Origin: Malacoraja senta
Taxonomy: Eukaryota
Direction of reading: 5' to 3'
Length of the DNA stretch: 64,000 bases
Assembly: GCA_038087875.1 (NCBI GenBank)
Contig: CM075993.1
Span: 1,676,001-1,740,000, forward strand
The translations under genes and the position numbers were made by a program. The notes below the pieces were generated by a model that worked only from the letters and a program-made list of their open reading frames with translations, searched no databases and was not told the DNA's origin. Within the stretch, counting starts at the first letter, position 1; every line of letters starts with the position of its first letter. Positions 25,705 to 36,171 of this stretch are shown here, piece by piece.

Positions 25705-26166
25705 CAAGATTAGAAAAAGTAGTAAACACTGCCCAGTCCATCATCGGCTCTGACCTCCCTTCCATCGAGGGGATCTATCACAGTCGCTGCCTCAAAAAGG
25801 CTGGCAGCATCATCAAGGACCCACACCATCCTGGCCACACACTCATCTCCCCACTACCTTCAGGTAGAAGGTACAGGAGCCTGAAGACTGCAACGACCAG
25901 GTTCAAGAATAGCACCTTCCCCACAGCCATCAGGCTATTAAACTCGGCTCGGACAAAACTCTGAACATTAATAGCCCATAATCTGTTTATTTGCACTTTA
26001 TCAGTTTATTTATTCATGTGTGTATATATTTATATAATGGTATATGGACACACTGATCTGTTCAGTATTCATGCCTACTATGTTCTGGTGTGCTAAAGCA
26101 AAGCATGAATTTCATTGTCCTATCAGAGACACATGACAATAAAAACTCTCTTGAACTTGAACTTGA
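25705..26166 (+). mobile_element. Rex1/Babar-type LINE 3' fragment
   Basis: Peptide AQSIIGSDLPSI...HPGHTLISPLPSGRRYRSLKTATTRFKNSTFPTAIRLLN; AATAAA followed by a (CTTGAA)n tail. Confidence 0.8.
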
Positions 26167-26296
26167 TGTCAATTTCAATGCCTGGTCTATTTCAAATAAT
26201 TGTCAATTTCAAATCCTTATCAATTTCAATGCCTTGTCAATTTCAATAGTCTCTGCAATGTTACCGGCAGCCTGTGTTCTTAGAGTCAGTCCGCGA

Positions 26297-29200
26297 CAGG
26301 GGCGGAAAACCCGGGGGGGCCAGAGGGGACACGTCCCCTCCATGTTTTGAGAGGTGGGGGACATCCCCCCCATGTTTTTGTGATCCAGATTTTAAAACCC
26401 GGTGATATCTCCGCTTTCCGCGAGACAGTGGGGGTGGGACTGCTGATCGAGGGCGCCGATTGGACGAGAGAGACGTCGGTCAGCAGGCAATGGGGGCGGG
26501 ACATGATAATCCAGCACGATGATTGGAGGAGGGAGGAGTGGGACTGAGGATAGAGCGCGGTGATTGGAGGAGAGAGACGTGGCACAGACTTGCGCTTGGA
26601 ATGTATGCGGGATAGTTATCTAAACCAACATGTAGAGGAACCAACGAGAGAGCAGGCTATTCTAGACTGGGTATTGAGTAATGAGGAAGGGTTAGTTAGC
26701 AGTCTTGTTGTGCGTCCCCCCTTGGGCAAGAGTGACCATAATATGGTTGAGTTCTTCATTAGGATGGAGAGTGACATTGTTAATTCAGAAACAACGGTTC
26801 TGAACTTAAACAAAGGTAACTTTGAGGGTATGAGACGTGAATTGGCCAAGATTGACTGGCAATTAGTTCTAAATGGGTTGACGGTGGATATGCAATGGAA
26901 GGCATTTAAAGACTGCATGGATGAACTACAAAAATTGTTCATCCCAGTTTGGCAAAAGAATAAATCAGGGAAGGTAGTGCATCCGTGGTTAACAAGGGAA
27001 ATCAGGGATAGTATCACAGCAAAAGATGATGCGTACAAATTAGCCAGAAAAAGCAGCATACCAGAGGACTGGGAGAAATTCAGAGACCAGCAGAGGAGGA
27101 CAAAGGGCTTAATTAGGAAAGGGAAAATAGATTATGAAAGGAAACTGGCAGGGAACATAAAAACTGACTGCAAAAGTTTTTATAGATATGTGAAGAGAAA
27201 GAGATTAGTTAAAACAAATGTAGGTCCCTTGCAGTCAGAAACAGGTGAATTGATCATGGGGAACAAGGATATGGCGGACCAATTGAATAACTACTTTGTT
27301 TCCGTCTTCACTAAGGAAGACATAAATAATCTGCCGGAAATAGCAGGGGGCCGCGGGTCAAAGGAGATGGAGGAACTGAGTGAAATCCAGGTTAGTCGGG
27401 AAGTGGTGTTGGGTAAATTGAATGGATTAAAGGCCGATAAATCACCAGGGCCAGATAGGCTGCATCCCAGAGTACTTAAGGAAGTAGCTTCCAGAAATAG
27501 TGGATGCATTAGTGATAATTTTTCAAAACTCTTTAGATTCTGGAGTAGTTCCTGAGGGTTGGAGGGTAGCAAACGTAACCCCACTTTTTAAGAAGGGAGG
27601 GAGAGAGAAAACGGGGAATTACAGACCAGTTAATCTAACATCGGTAGTGGGGAAACTGCTAGAGTCAGTTATTAAAGATGGGATAGCAGCACATTTGGAA
27701 AGTGGTGAAATCATTGGACAAAGTCAGCATGGATTTACGAAAGGTAAATCGTGTCTGACGAATCTTATAGAATTTTTCGAGGATGTAACTAGTAGAGTGG
27801 ATAGGGGAGAACCAGTGGATGTGTTGTATCTGGACTTTCAGAAGGCTTTCGACAAGGTACCACATAAGAGATTAGTATACAAACTTAAAGCACACGGTAT
27901 TGGGGATTCAGTATTGATGTGGATAGAGAACTGGCTTGCAAACAGGAAGCAAAGAGTAGGAGTAAACGGGTCCTTTTCACAATGGCAGGCAGTGACTAGT
28001 GGGGTACCGCAAGGCTCAGTGCTGGGACCCCAGCTATTTACAATTTATATTAATGAACTGGATGAGGGAATTGAAGGCAACATCTCCAAGTTTGCGGATG
28101 ACACTAAGCGGGGGGGCAGTGTTAGCTGTGAGGAGGATGCTAGGAGACTGCAAGGTGACTTGGATAGGCTGGGTGAGTGGGCAAATGTTTGGCAGATGCA
28201 GTATAATGTGGATAAATGTGAGGTTATCCACTTTGGTGGCAAAAACGGGAAGGCAGACTATTATCTAAATGGTGGCCGATGAGGAAATGGGGAGATGCAG
28301 CGAGACCTGGGTGTCATGGTACACCAGTCATTGAAAGTAAGCATGCAGGTGCAGCAGGCAGTGAAGAAAGTGAATGGTATGTTGGCTTTCATAGCAAGAG
28401 GATTTGAGTATAGGAGCAGGGAGGTTCTACTGCAGTTGTACAGGGTCTTGGTGAGACCACACCTGGTGTATTGCGTACAGTTTTGGTCTCCAAATCTGAG
28501 GAAGGACATTATAGCCATAGAGGGAGTGCAGAGAAGATTCACCAGACTGATTCCTGGGATGTCAGGACTTTCATATGAAGAAAGACTGGATAGACTTGGC
28601 TTATACTCGCTAGAATTTAGGAGATTGAGAGGGGATCTCATAGAAACGTACAAAATTCTTATGGGGTTGGACAGGCTAGATGCAGGAAGATTGTTCCCGA
28701 TGTTGGGGAAGTCCAGGACAAGGGGTCACAGCTTAAGGATAAGGGGGAAATCCTTTAAGACCGAGATGAGGAAAAACATTTTCACACAGAGAGTGGTGAA
28801 TCTCTGGAACTCTCTGCCACAGAGGGTAGTTGAGGCCAGTTCATTGGCTATATTTAAGAGGGAGTTAGATGTGGCCCTTGTGGCTAAGGGGATCAGGGGG
28901 TATGGAGAGAAGGCAGGTACGGGATACTGAGTTGGATGATCAGCCATGATCATATTGAATGGCGGTGCAGGCTCGAAGGGCCGAATGGCCTACTCCTGCA
29001 CCTATTTTCTATGTATCTATGTATCTATCCGCAGGCAGGATCGATCCCGGCTGGGTCTCCGGCGCTATCCCGAGTGCCCCCCCCCGCAGGTGGCCAGAGA
29101 GGTCGGCAGCAAAGATCCTCCGCTAGAGGATCTTTGGTCGGTAATCAGACGGGCGCGGTGCCACCCAGGCCCACAGCCAGCGCAGAGAAGCAGGGCTAAA

Positions 29201-29485
29201 CCAGGTCAACTCTGCCTGTCCCGCCAGGTGAGCCTATAGCCTTCCTGTACTTGCGGGAAATATGGCCAGGGCGGAGAAGCAAACGCTAGTGTCCCGTCAG
29301 TCCAGCCAGGGCTGTAGGTTAACACGGTGAGATAGGCAGAGTTGAGCTGCATTTAGCGCTGGATTGAGCCTCCGAAGCAAAGATACTACGTCGCGTGTGT
29401 GTGTGAGTGTGCGCATGCGCGCACGGCCGCCAAAAAATTGCGTCCCCCCGTCCCCTCCATGTTTTGATAGCGAGTTCCGCTCTTT
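26297..29485. mobile_element. hAT-like non-autonomous element interrupted by a CR1
   Basis: 8-bp TSD GTCCGCGA at 26289-26296 and 29486-29493; imperfect TIR CAGGGGCGGAA / TTCCGCTCTTT; subterminal repeat GTCCCCTCCATGTTTTGA near both ends. Confidence 0.7.
26595..29028 (+). mobile_element. CR1-clade LINE, 5'-truncated, near-identical to the 20156-23405 copy
   Basis: ORFs 26560..27555, 27500..28282 and 28295..28930 give a split ORF2 (one frameshift, one stop); (CTATGTAT)n tail at about 29009-29028. Confidence 0.95.
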
Positions 29486-29799
29486 GTCCGCGATAACCAA
29501 AATCCATTTAAAGAGGTCTGCAATAACGAAGGTCTACTGTACATTTATGATTTGATATGTAGGAAGTATGAGTGTAGAAACAAGGAACTGCAGATGCTGG
29601 ATAATATACAAACAGACACAAAATGCTGGAGTAACTCAAGCAGGTCAGGCAGCATCTCTGGAGAACATGGATGGATAACATTTCCAATTGGGACCTTTCT
29701 TCAAATAGGGTTGAGGCTTCAGTCTGAAGAAGGGCCTCGAGCAGAAACGTCACCTATCCATGTTCTCCAGAGATGTTGCCTGGCCCGCTGCGTTACTGC

Positions 29800-30085
29800 C
29801 CACTCCCCCTCTACTACTCCCCTCCACGACTCCCCTTACTTCACTCTTCCCCTCTCACAACTCCCCCCCCCCTCCCTGACCCTCTCCTCTATTCCACCCT
29901 CACTCCCCCTCCCCTCACAACTCCCTCCTCCACTCTTCCCCTCTCCCAACTCCCCCCTCCCTGACCCCCTCCTCTATTCCACCCTCACTCCCTCCTCCAC
30001 TACTCCCCCTTCACTGTTCTACTCCCCTCACTCCTCCTCTCCCGACTCCCCCCCCCTCACTTCCCTTCCACTACTCCCCCTCCCC
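29800..30085. repeat. C/T-rich low-complexity tract (G-rich on the PPCDC sense strand)
   Basis: Repeated ACTCCCC(C)T / CCCTCTC units; almost no G on the plus strand. Confidence 0.9.
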
Positions 30086-30134
30086 GAGCTGCAGTCGCCG
30101 CCCACCGCCCCCCATGCCCGCCTTGTGCCCTCAC

Positions 30135-30221
30135 CTCCGGCAGTTGCTGCAGTGCCGCCACTATGGCGGGCAGCTTGAGCGTCGCCACACTGCCGCTCGC
30201 CGCCACCAGCACCCGCCGCAT
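30135..30221 (-). CDS. PPCDC: PPCDC first coding exon: MRRVLVAASGSVATLKLPAIVAALQQLPE
   Basis: FMN-binding N-terminal motif (G)SVAxLK; donor GAG|gtgagg in phase 0, matching the next exon; GC/CpG-rich context. The true start codon could be further upstream (see findings). Confidence 0.9.
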
Positions 30222-30440
30222 CCCGCCCGCCACTGGGGCAGCAGGGGGGTGGGCCTCCAACACCACCCTCCCCTCTCTCACACCTCCGCCCACAGCCCAA
30301 TATCCCTCCCACACCGCCGTGTACAGGTAATTTCATCGGCACATCGTTATGTTTTAGCAGCTCTGATGGTCACTGACACTGAAATAAACTGGTGTTAGGT
30401 GGAGTGCACCCCTCTCTCGCACAGCGGGTGGTGCGGCCCA

Positions 30441-30465
30441 GCGTTGCCTCCTGGGAAATGTAGTC
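30441..30465 (-). promoter_or_regulatory. ZNF143/STAF (SBS)-THAP11 type promoter motif of PPCDC
   Basis: Minus strand GACTACATTTCCCAGGAGGCAACGC matches the ACTACAnnTCCCA housekeeping-promoter motif, about 220 bp upstream of the PPCDC ATG. Confidence 0.8.
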
Positions 30466-30479
30466 TTTCCTGGCGCGGC

Positions 30480-30491
30480 GGTGACGTCACC
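30480..30491. promoter_or_regulatory. Full palindromic CRE/ATF site
   Basis: GGTGACGTCACC (core TGACGTCA at 30482-30489) in a CpG-rich stretch next to the ZNF143 motif. Confidence 0.7.
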
Positions 30492-30559
30492 CAACGGCTC
30501 TGGGGTTTTAAATATCCTGCGGGGACTGTAGGTTTGTTTTCCTCTAAATCCAGCAGCGA

Positions 30560-31055
30560 GATAAAGAAGGTGAAGGAGAACAAGAGATGAAAAGATAGAA
30601 GCAAAAGGAAGATGGAAGGAAAAAAAAGAAAGAAGGAAAAGGAAGACAAAGAGAAGAAAAAGGTCAAGAGAAAAAAAAAAGCAAAAGGAAGTTAAAGAGA
30701 AGTAAAAGGAAGGTAAAAAGAAAGAGGAAGATAGAGAAAAAGAAAGATGAAAAAGAAAGATAAAGTGAAGTAAAAGGTAGAGGGAAAGAAGAAAAAGATA
30801 AAGAGAAGAAAAAGGAAGTCAAGAGAAGAAAAAGGAAGAGGAAGATGTGCAGAAAAAGAAAAAGATAAAGAAGAAAAAGAAAGAAAAAGGAAGATAAAGA
30901 GAAAAATAGAGAAAGAAAGAAAGAAAGAGAAAAGAAGGAGAAAAAGAGAAAGAAGAAAACGTCAAAGAGAAAGAAGGGGAGAAAAAAAGGACAAATATTT
31001 AAATTAAAAAAAAAAAAAAAGAAAAACCAAAAAAGGAAAAGAGAAAGAAGAAAAC
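30560..31055. repeat. A/G-rich polypurine low-complexity tract
   Basis: About 500 bp of AAAG/AGAA/AAGG-type units. Confidence 0.9.
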
Positions 31056-31675
31056 TAGTATAGCTGGGACATTGTTGGCCGGTGTGGGCAAGTTGGGCCG
31101 AAGGGCCTGTTTCCATACAGTATCACTCTATGACTGTGAAAAAGTAGAAAAAAAACAAAGAAAGAGAAGAAAATAGAACGAGCTTGCAGAAGAGATAGTT
31201 GAGGCAGGTATTATAACATAATTTAAAAGACATTTGGATGAGGGAATTGAAGGTGTTGTGGCCAAGTTTGCAGATGATATGATGGGTAGGAGGGGCAGGT
31301 GGTGTAGAGACTAGAGGTGGTGTAGGAATAAAGGCGTAGTCTATTTTCTAAATGGGGAGTGGATTCAGAAATTGGAGTTACAAAGGGACAGGAGTGCTGG
31401 CGCAGGATTCACAAAAGGATAATTTGCAAGTCGAACCAGTAATAAGGAAGGCATAAGCAATGTTGGCATTTATTTTCAGAGGACAAGAATATAAATATAG
31501 GGATGTGAAGCCGAGATAGCATTTAGAGTAAGTATTGTGAGCAATTTTGGGTCCCATATCTGAGGAAGGATGTGCTGGTGTTGGAGAGTCCAGAGGTTTA
31601 CAAGAATATTCCTGGGCATCACCATTTTCAAAGTGCCCTGTTACCACTCCCTTAATATAGAATCTACTTTCCCAA

Positions 31676-31860
31676 GGGTCGCCACTTAGTTTGGTGGAGA
31701 AACTTGATCCCAAGAGCTAAACCGTCTGGAGGTGTGCTCCTGGCAGGGTCACCATGGTGGACAGGTCATGGAGGTTTCTGACGAAGCACGGACCAAGAAG
31801 ACAACCTCCGAGGAGTCCGTGCTGTTGGACCCAGGTCTGTCTCTGGCGGCTGACCGTGCA
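31676..31860 (+). mobile_element. Probable RTE-clade (Expander/Rex3-like) 5' end relic
   Basis: GGGTCGCCACTTAGTTTGGTGGAG...GAGCTA...CCTGGCAGGGTCACCATGG...CAGGTC resembles RTE 5'UTRs as I recall them; not verified by search. Confidence 0.4.
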
Positions 31861-32104
31861 CCAATATCCCAAGTTTCTAATCCTAAAGTTTCTGGTAACA
31901 GCGTCCATTGTTTCAGGAATGCCACATGGAAAATACGTATTAAGTTATTTCATTTGTCATTGTCTGCTTTGGAAGAATTCTTGAATGCCTGGAGTTTTGC
32001 AAATTCTAGTAGATTAGAATTCTAGTCAGAATTTATGGTGAATCACATCTGGAAGAATGGATTACAAAAGAGCAGAGCTCATTCGAACAATTGTATTTCT
32101 CATA

Positions 32105-32665
32105 AAAGGACACAAATTGCTGGAGTAACACAGCAGGTCAGGCAGCATCTCTGGAGAACATGGATAGGTGGTGTTTCAGGTCGAGACCCTTCAACAGTTT
32201 GACTTGCAATATTCACAAATCATCCAGCAACACATTACGTCCAGTTGCATTTGATGTGGGCTGGCACATACCTATTGGAGCAGTATTTATGAAACACAGG
32301 GTGTAACGTAAATTGGAGGAACAGCACCTCATATTTAGCGGGCAGCTTACAACCCAGCGGTATGAATATTGACTTCTCTAACTTCAAGTAACCCTTGCTC
32401 TCTCCATCCCTCCCCCATCCCCAAGTTCTCCGATTAGCGTTTCTATCCTCATTACATTTTACTGATTGCATGTCTCATTGTCAGCTAACAATGATCCATT
32501 CTACATTTTCCTTCACTTCTTCCCCTTTGATCTCACATTTTCACACCTTACCCTTCCATATCTCTATGTCTCCCTCTCCCGATTCTCAGTTTGAAGAATG
32601 GTCTCGACCACCAATTCCTTCTCTCCAGAGAGATTGAGTTACTTCAGCATTTTGTGTCTATCTAG
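32105..32665 (+). mobile_element. Penelope 3' remnant with upstream inverted pLTR
   Basis: KLEEQHLIF...QPSGMNIDFSNFK* GIY-YIG C-terminus at about 32310-32392, followed by pLTR; inverted pLTR at 32105-32195. Confidence 0.7.
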
Positions 32666-33869
32666 GTTGTAACAGAGGGTTGTCAAAGCATGACAAGTGG
32701 AAGGACACAAAGTGCTGGAATATCTCTGGAGAAAATGGATAGGTAATGTTTTGGGTCGGGACACTTATTCAGACCTGAATAGTGTCTATCTATTCCTCAT
32801 ATTCCAGCTGATGATTCAGACTTTAATATATTAAACTTTGTTTTTTAAAGATTCTTTCAAACGTCCTGTATCTTGATGGGATTCTGTTGTTTTTGAAAGA
32901 GTAGCAGAGTAAAACCCATCACTGAAGTGGTGGCAACGTACGCCTTTAGCAATGATGTCCATTGGCAGATCAGGGTGCAGAAAGAGTCGCAAGGATTTAA
33001 CTGGGACTGGAGGGCTTGAGTTATAGGACTGGATAGGCTGGAGCTATTCTACATTGACTACATCAGACTAAGGGAGACCTTATGCACACTTGGAATGAGC
33101 AGAGATAAGTAACCAGATTACTAGTTTTAGTAATATTTGGTAGGACATTAATTTTAGACATGATTCTTTGATAACTCATCTATTGCGCTTTGAATAGTCC
33201 CATGAAATCATCTCTCTCTAACCAAGTGCAGAGTAAAATTGCTTCATGAGTCATTTGGTAAGACATCATCACTTGAGTGCCAGTGTACATGACATGCCCA
33301 ATCTACAATCAAACTTGACCCATTCAACAAGGAGGCAGGATTCGGAGCAACAAAGGTAAGGGGGTACAATATCTTCTCACCAGTAATCTCTCACTGGACA
33401 ACAGGGAAGAAGTTTGGACAGGATGCACTGAACCTAAGCATTTTCCTTTATAGTGCCATGGCAATTTATAAAATTTGACTATTTTCTTGTACATTTCTTG
33501 ACCCCCCCCCCCTCCTTCCCCAAGGCATATTTTCCAAATATGGGCTAAACCAAAAGTACAGGAATGGCAAGGAACTCAAAAGCTGGAATTCATTGCCATA
33601 GACGGCTGTGGAGGCCAATTCATCTGTGATGTTAATGAGCAAATTAAAAGATTCATTTTAGCCATGGGATTATGGGATTTGACAAGTGTGACTCTAACCA
33701 CTTCAACATAGGCCAATGCTGGATATTTACAATACTTACTTGTAGAAATGTTTGTGTTTGACTTAAACAGCTTTCTAGATAAGCAAATGTATTGTTCGAA
33801 ATTCACAGTCCAAAGCAACACATATTCATCTATAATATTCCATTTTTTTCCTTCAACAAATCTCATGCA

Positions 33870-34736
33870 TATATCGTGTTCATTTTTGTTGTTTTTAATT
33901 TTTTTAATCACAGTGGGTCCACATGTACAATGAACTAGATGCAATTAGAACCAAAAAGTAAAATCTGTAACCTCATGCATTTGTACATTTTTTTTTTTAA
34001 TAACGTGAAAATTTGATCTAAGGAGTCTAAATAGGGCAGATTTCTGAATGATAATTTAAAAAAAAAGAAGAAACTAATCATGTTATTCCTTTAAACTCTA
34101 GGGCACAACCATACCATAATTATGCACAAAGGTGACATCAAAAACAGGCTTGTAAACTGGATTGCAGTGAAATAACTAGATAGTTCAGCATTAACCTCTA
34201 CCAGATCAGTGGAATGGGACAAATGTAGAGATATATATATATATTTATTTATTTAGATTTTTTATATATATGTTTCAATTTAGCCAGCTCTAAAATCTGC
34301 AATATATACAAATTCAAACAAACACTATTTGAGTGACATTAATTTATCAGCTGTAGAAGGAGAGAATGAAAGTGATCACACCGTGGAGTTGCTTAAATAA
34401 CAGTACAAATGAGCATACCAGGAATAATAAACACTGCATGCATGATTTGTGCAGGGGAATAGAATCACAGGGCAAGAGAGGGCGAGTTTAGGGATGGGGA
34501 AACCAAGCATAAATAGTACATTAAGCACCCAAAGTACACCCTATCATTAAAACTCGCAAAGCAATCTTCTTAATACTTCATTCTTCAGGAGAAATTGAAT
34601 AAGGCAAAACATGCTTCACACCGTCATCTTATTCCTGCTGAGACAAACAAGTTAAAACCTGCCCCATTTGGACAACACAACGCGAGTGTTCTTGGCTGAA
34701 ACCCACTATCTGATAATGACATTTTCTTCCAAAATC
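33870..34736 (-). other. NPTN: NPTN terminal non-coding (3'UTR) exon; 3' end approximate
   Basis: Acceptor gactaattgactctttttgaacctctgcag|GATTTT at 34737/34736; unique AT-rich sequence free of recognisable repeats; tandem ATTAAA signals on the minus strand near 33894-33908. Confidence 0.6.
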
Positions 34737-36110
34737 CTGCAGAGGTTCAAAAAGAGTCAATTAGTCTTTTGAATATGCAACAAATTAAAAATGTCCATAA
34801 CTTAGAAGAAAAGAAAGCAAAGTGACTTTCACAATGGTCAGGATTGATCGTAAAACAGAAAACTAAGTGAGATATAACATATATACACACACACACACAT
34901 TATAATATTTTATATTAATTACATTCACACACATGTAGGGAAAGATTCTGGTAATTTGGCTGAGTGATGTTTTCTGGACAAATAATGGCTGGGAATTTGC
35001 TATTGAGAGATGGTGAAGCCAAGGTGTAGCAACTTAGTTGCAGTGCCAAGTTTAGTTTAACTTCCAGAAATGTAATTAAAATATGCCAGATTAATGGGTG
35101 ATCAGAATTGGCATGGCAAAGGCCAGTATTAACTGTTCAGTTCTGTAGAGGTTTTGAACCATTTTATGTCAGCATCAAATTAGTTAGAGATGGAAATGTA
35201 TAAATGCTCCCACATGTCTCAATGACTAGAAGTTGTGGACTCTACAACTGTTGCATCTCCTCCAAATTAAAATCTGGAAGCAATTTCAGTAATTATGTAG
35301 AAAAGTTATCCGAACAAGCACTTCCAGAACTGTCCTATTCTGATCAACTGGAACAGTTAACAACACAAAAAATATTTGCATCACGTTAAACCATGAGAAA
35401 TCAATAGAGATGTTGTACACATCCCTGACAAAATTATTTGGAAGATATACCAACTGAATAATGCTGTTCATCCTGGATAATATCTTCTTTAAATAGAATC
35501 CTTCGAAGATTCCTGTATACCCATCCGATCCGTGGTATTCTGAATCTTTCTACTTGCTTCCCTGATCCCTTTACTTTACGGGTGCTGTCTGTACGGGATT
35601 TGTTAGTTCTCCCCGTGACCTGTGCGGGTTTTCTCCAGGAGCTCCTCCCACACTCTAAAGATGTAGGTTAATTGGTTTCGGTAAAATTGTAAATTGTCCC
35701 CAGTGTGTGTAGGATGGCATTACTATGCGGTGATCGCTGGTCGGCGCAGACTCAGTGGACTGAAGGGCCTGATTCAGCGCTGCATCTCTAAACTAAACTA
35801 ACTGTCACCAGAATTTGCAGAATCTTGCATTCAAGTCCGCTTCCTGACAATTCTAGAGCGAACTGCTGGCATATCAAGACAATCCAGGCCATAGTTTTGG
35901 AAGTGTTGCTTGTGATATTCCATTTGATACAATTAAAAAGAGTTGATGAGCACAGAAGAGAAAGGACTTGGTTCTTGCCAAATATTTGAATGAAGAACAA
36001 ATCCTTACCAAAATGGAGAAGCTAGTGCACATTTTGACATATTAATCCAGAATATACAATTACCGTTAAAGAAAATGAATGTAGCAAACTACTTACTTGA
36101 TGACCAAGCT

Positions 36111-36171
36111 TTAGTTGGTATTCCTCTGGCGCAAGTTCTTATCTTTATGATTATTTGTGGAATTAGTTTTC
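36111..36171 (-). CDS. NPTN: NPTN last coding exon: (M)KTNSTNNHKDKNLRQRNTN*; exon continues 14 nt to 36097
   Basis: Acceptor ttcaaacag|G; TAA at 36113-36111; donor gtaagt after 36097. Peptide matches the recalled mammalian neuroplastin C-terminus. Confidence 0.97.

Larger units (their letters stand above)
25452..29539. mobile_element. Tigger/pogo-like non-autonomous element, outer shell of a nested stack
   Basis: TA|CAGTAAACCCTAGTTATAACGGACC ... GGTCTGCAATAACGAAGGTCTACTG|TA: imperfect TIRs with TA TSD. Confidence 0.7.

Noticed and set aside
29552..30178. 208-aa Pro/Ser-rich ORF
   Set aside because: Made of a Penelope-end repeat, the C-rich tract and the antisense of PPCDC exon 1.
30664..31116. 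150-aa Phe/Leu/Ser-rich ORF resembling a membrane protein
   Set aside because: Translation artefact of the polypurine tract.
31778..31830. CTGACGA followed by a stem, suggesting a hammerhead
   Set aside because: The required GAAA after stem II is absent (GTTG instead).
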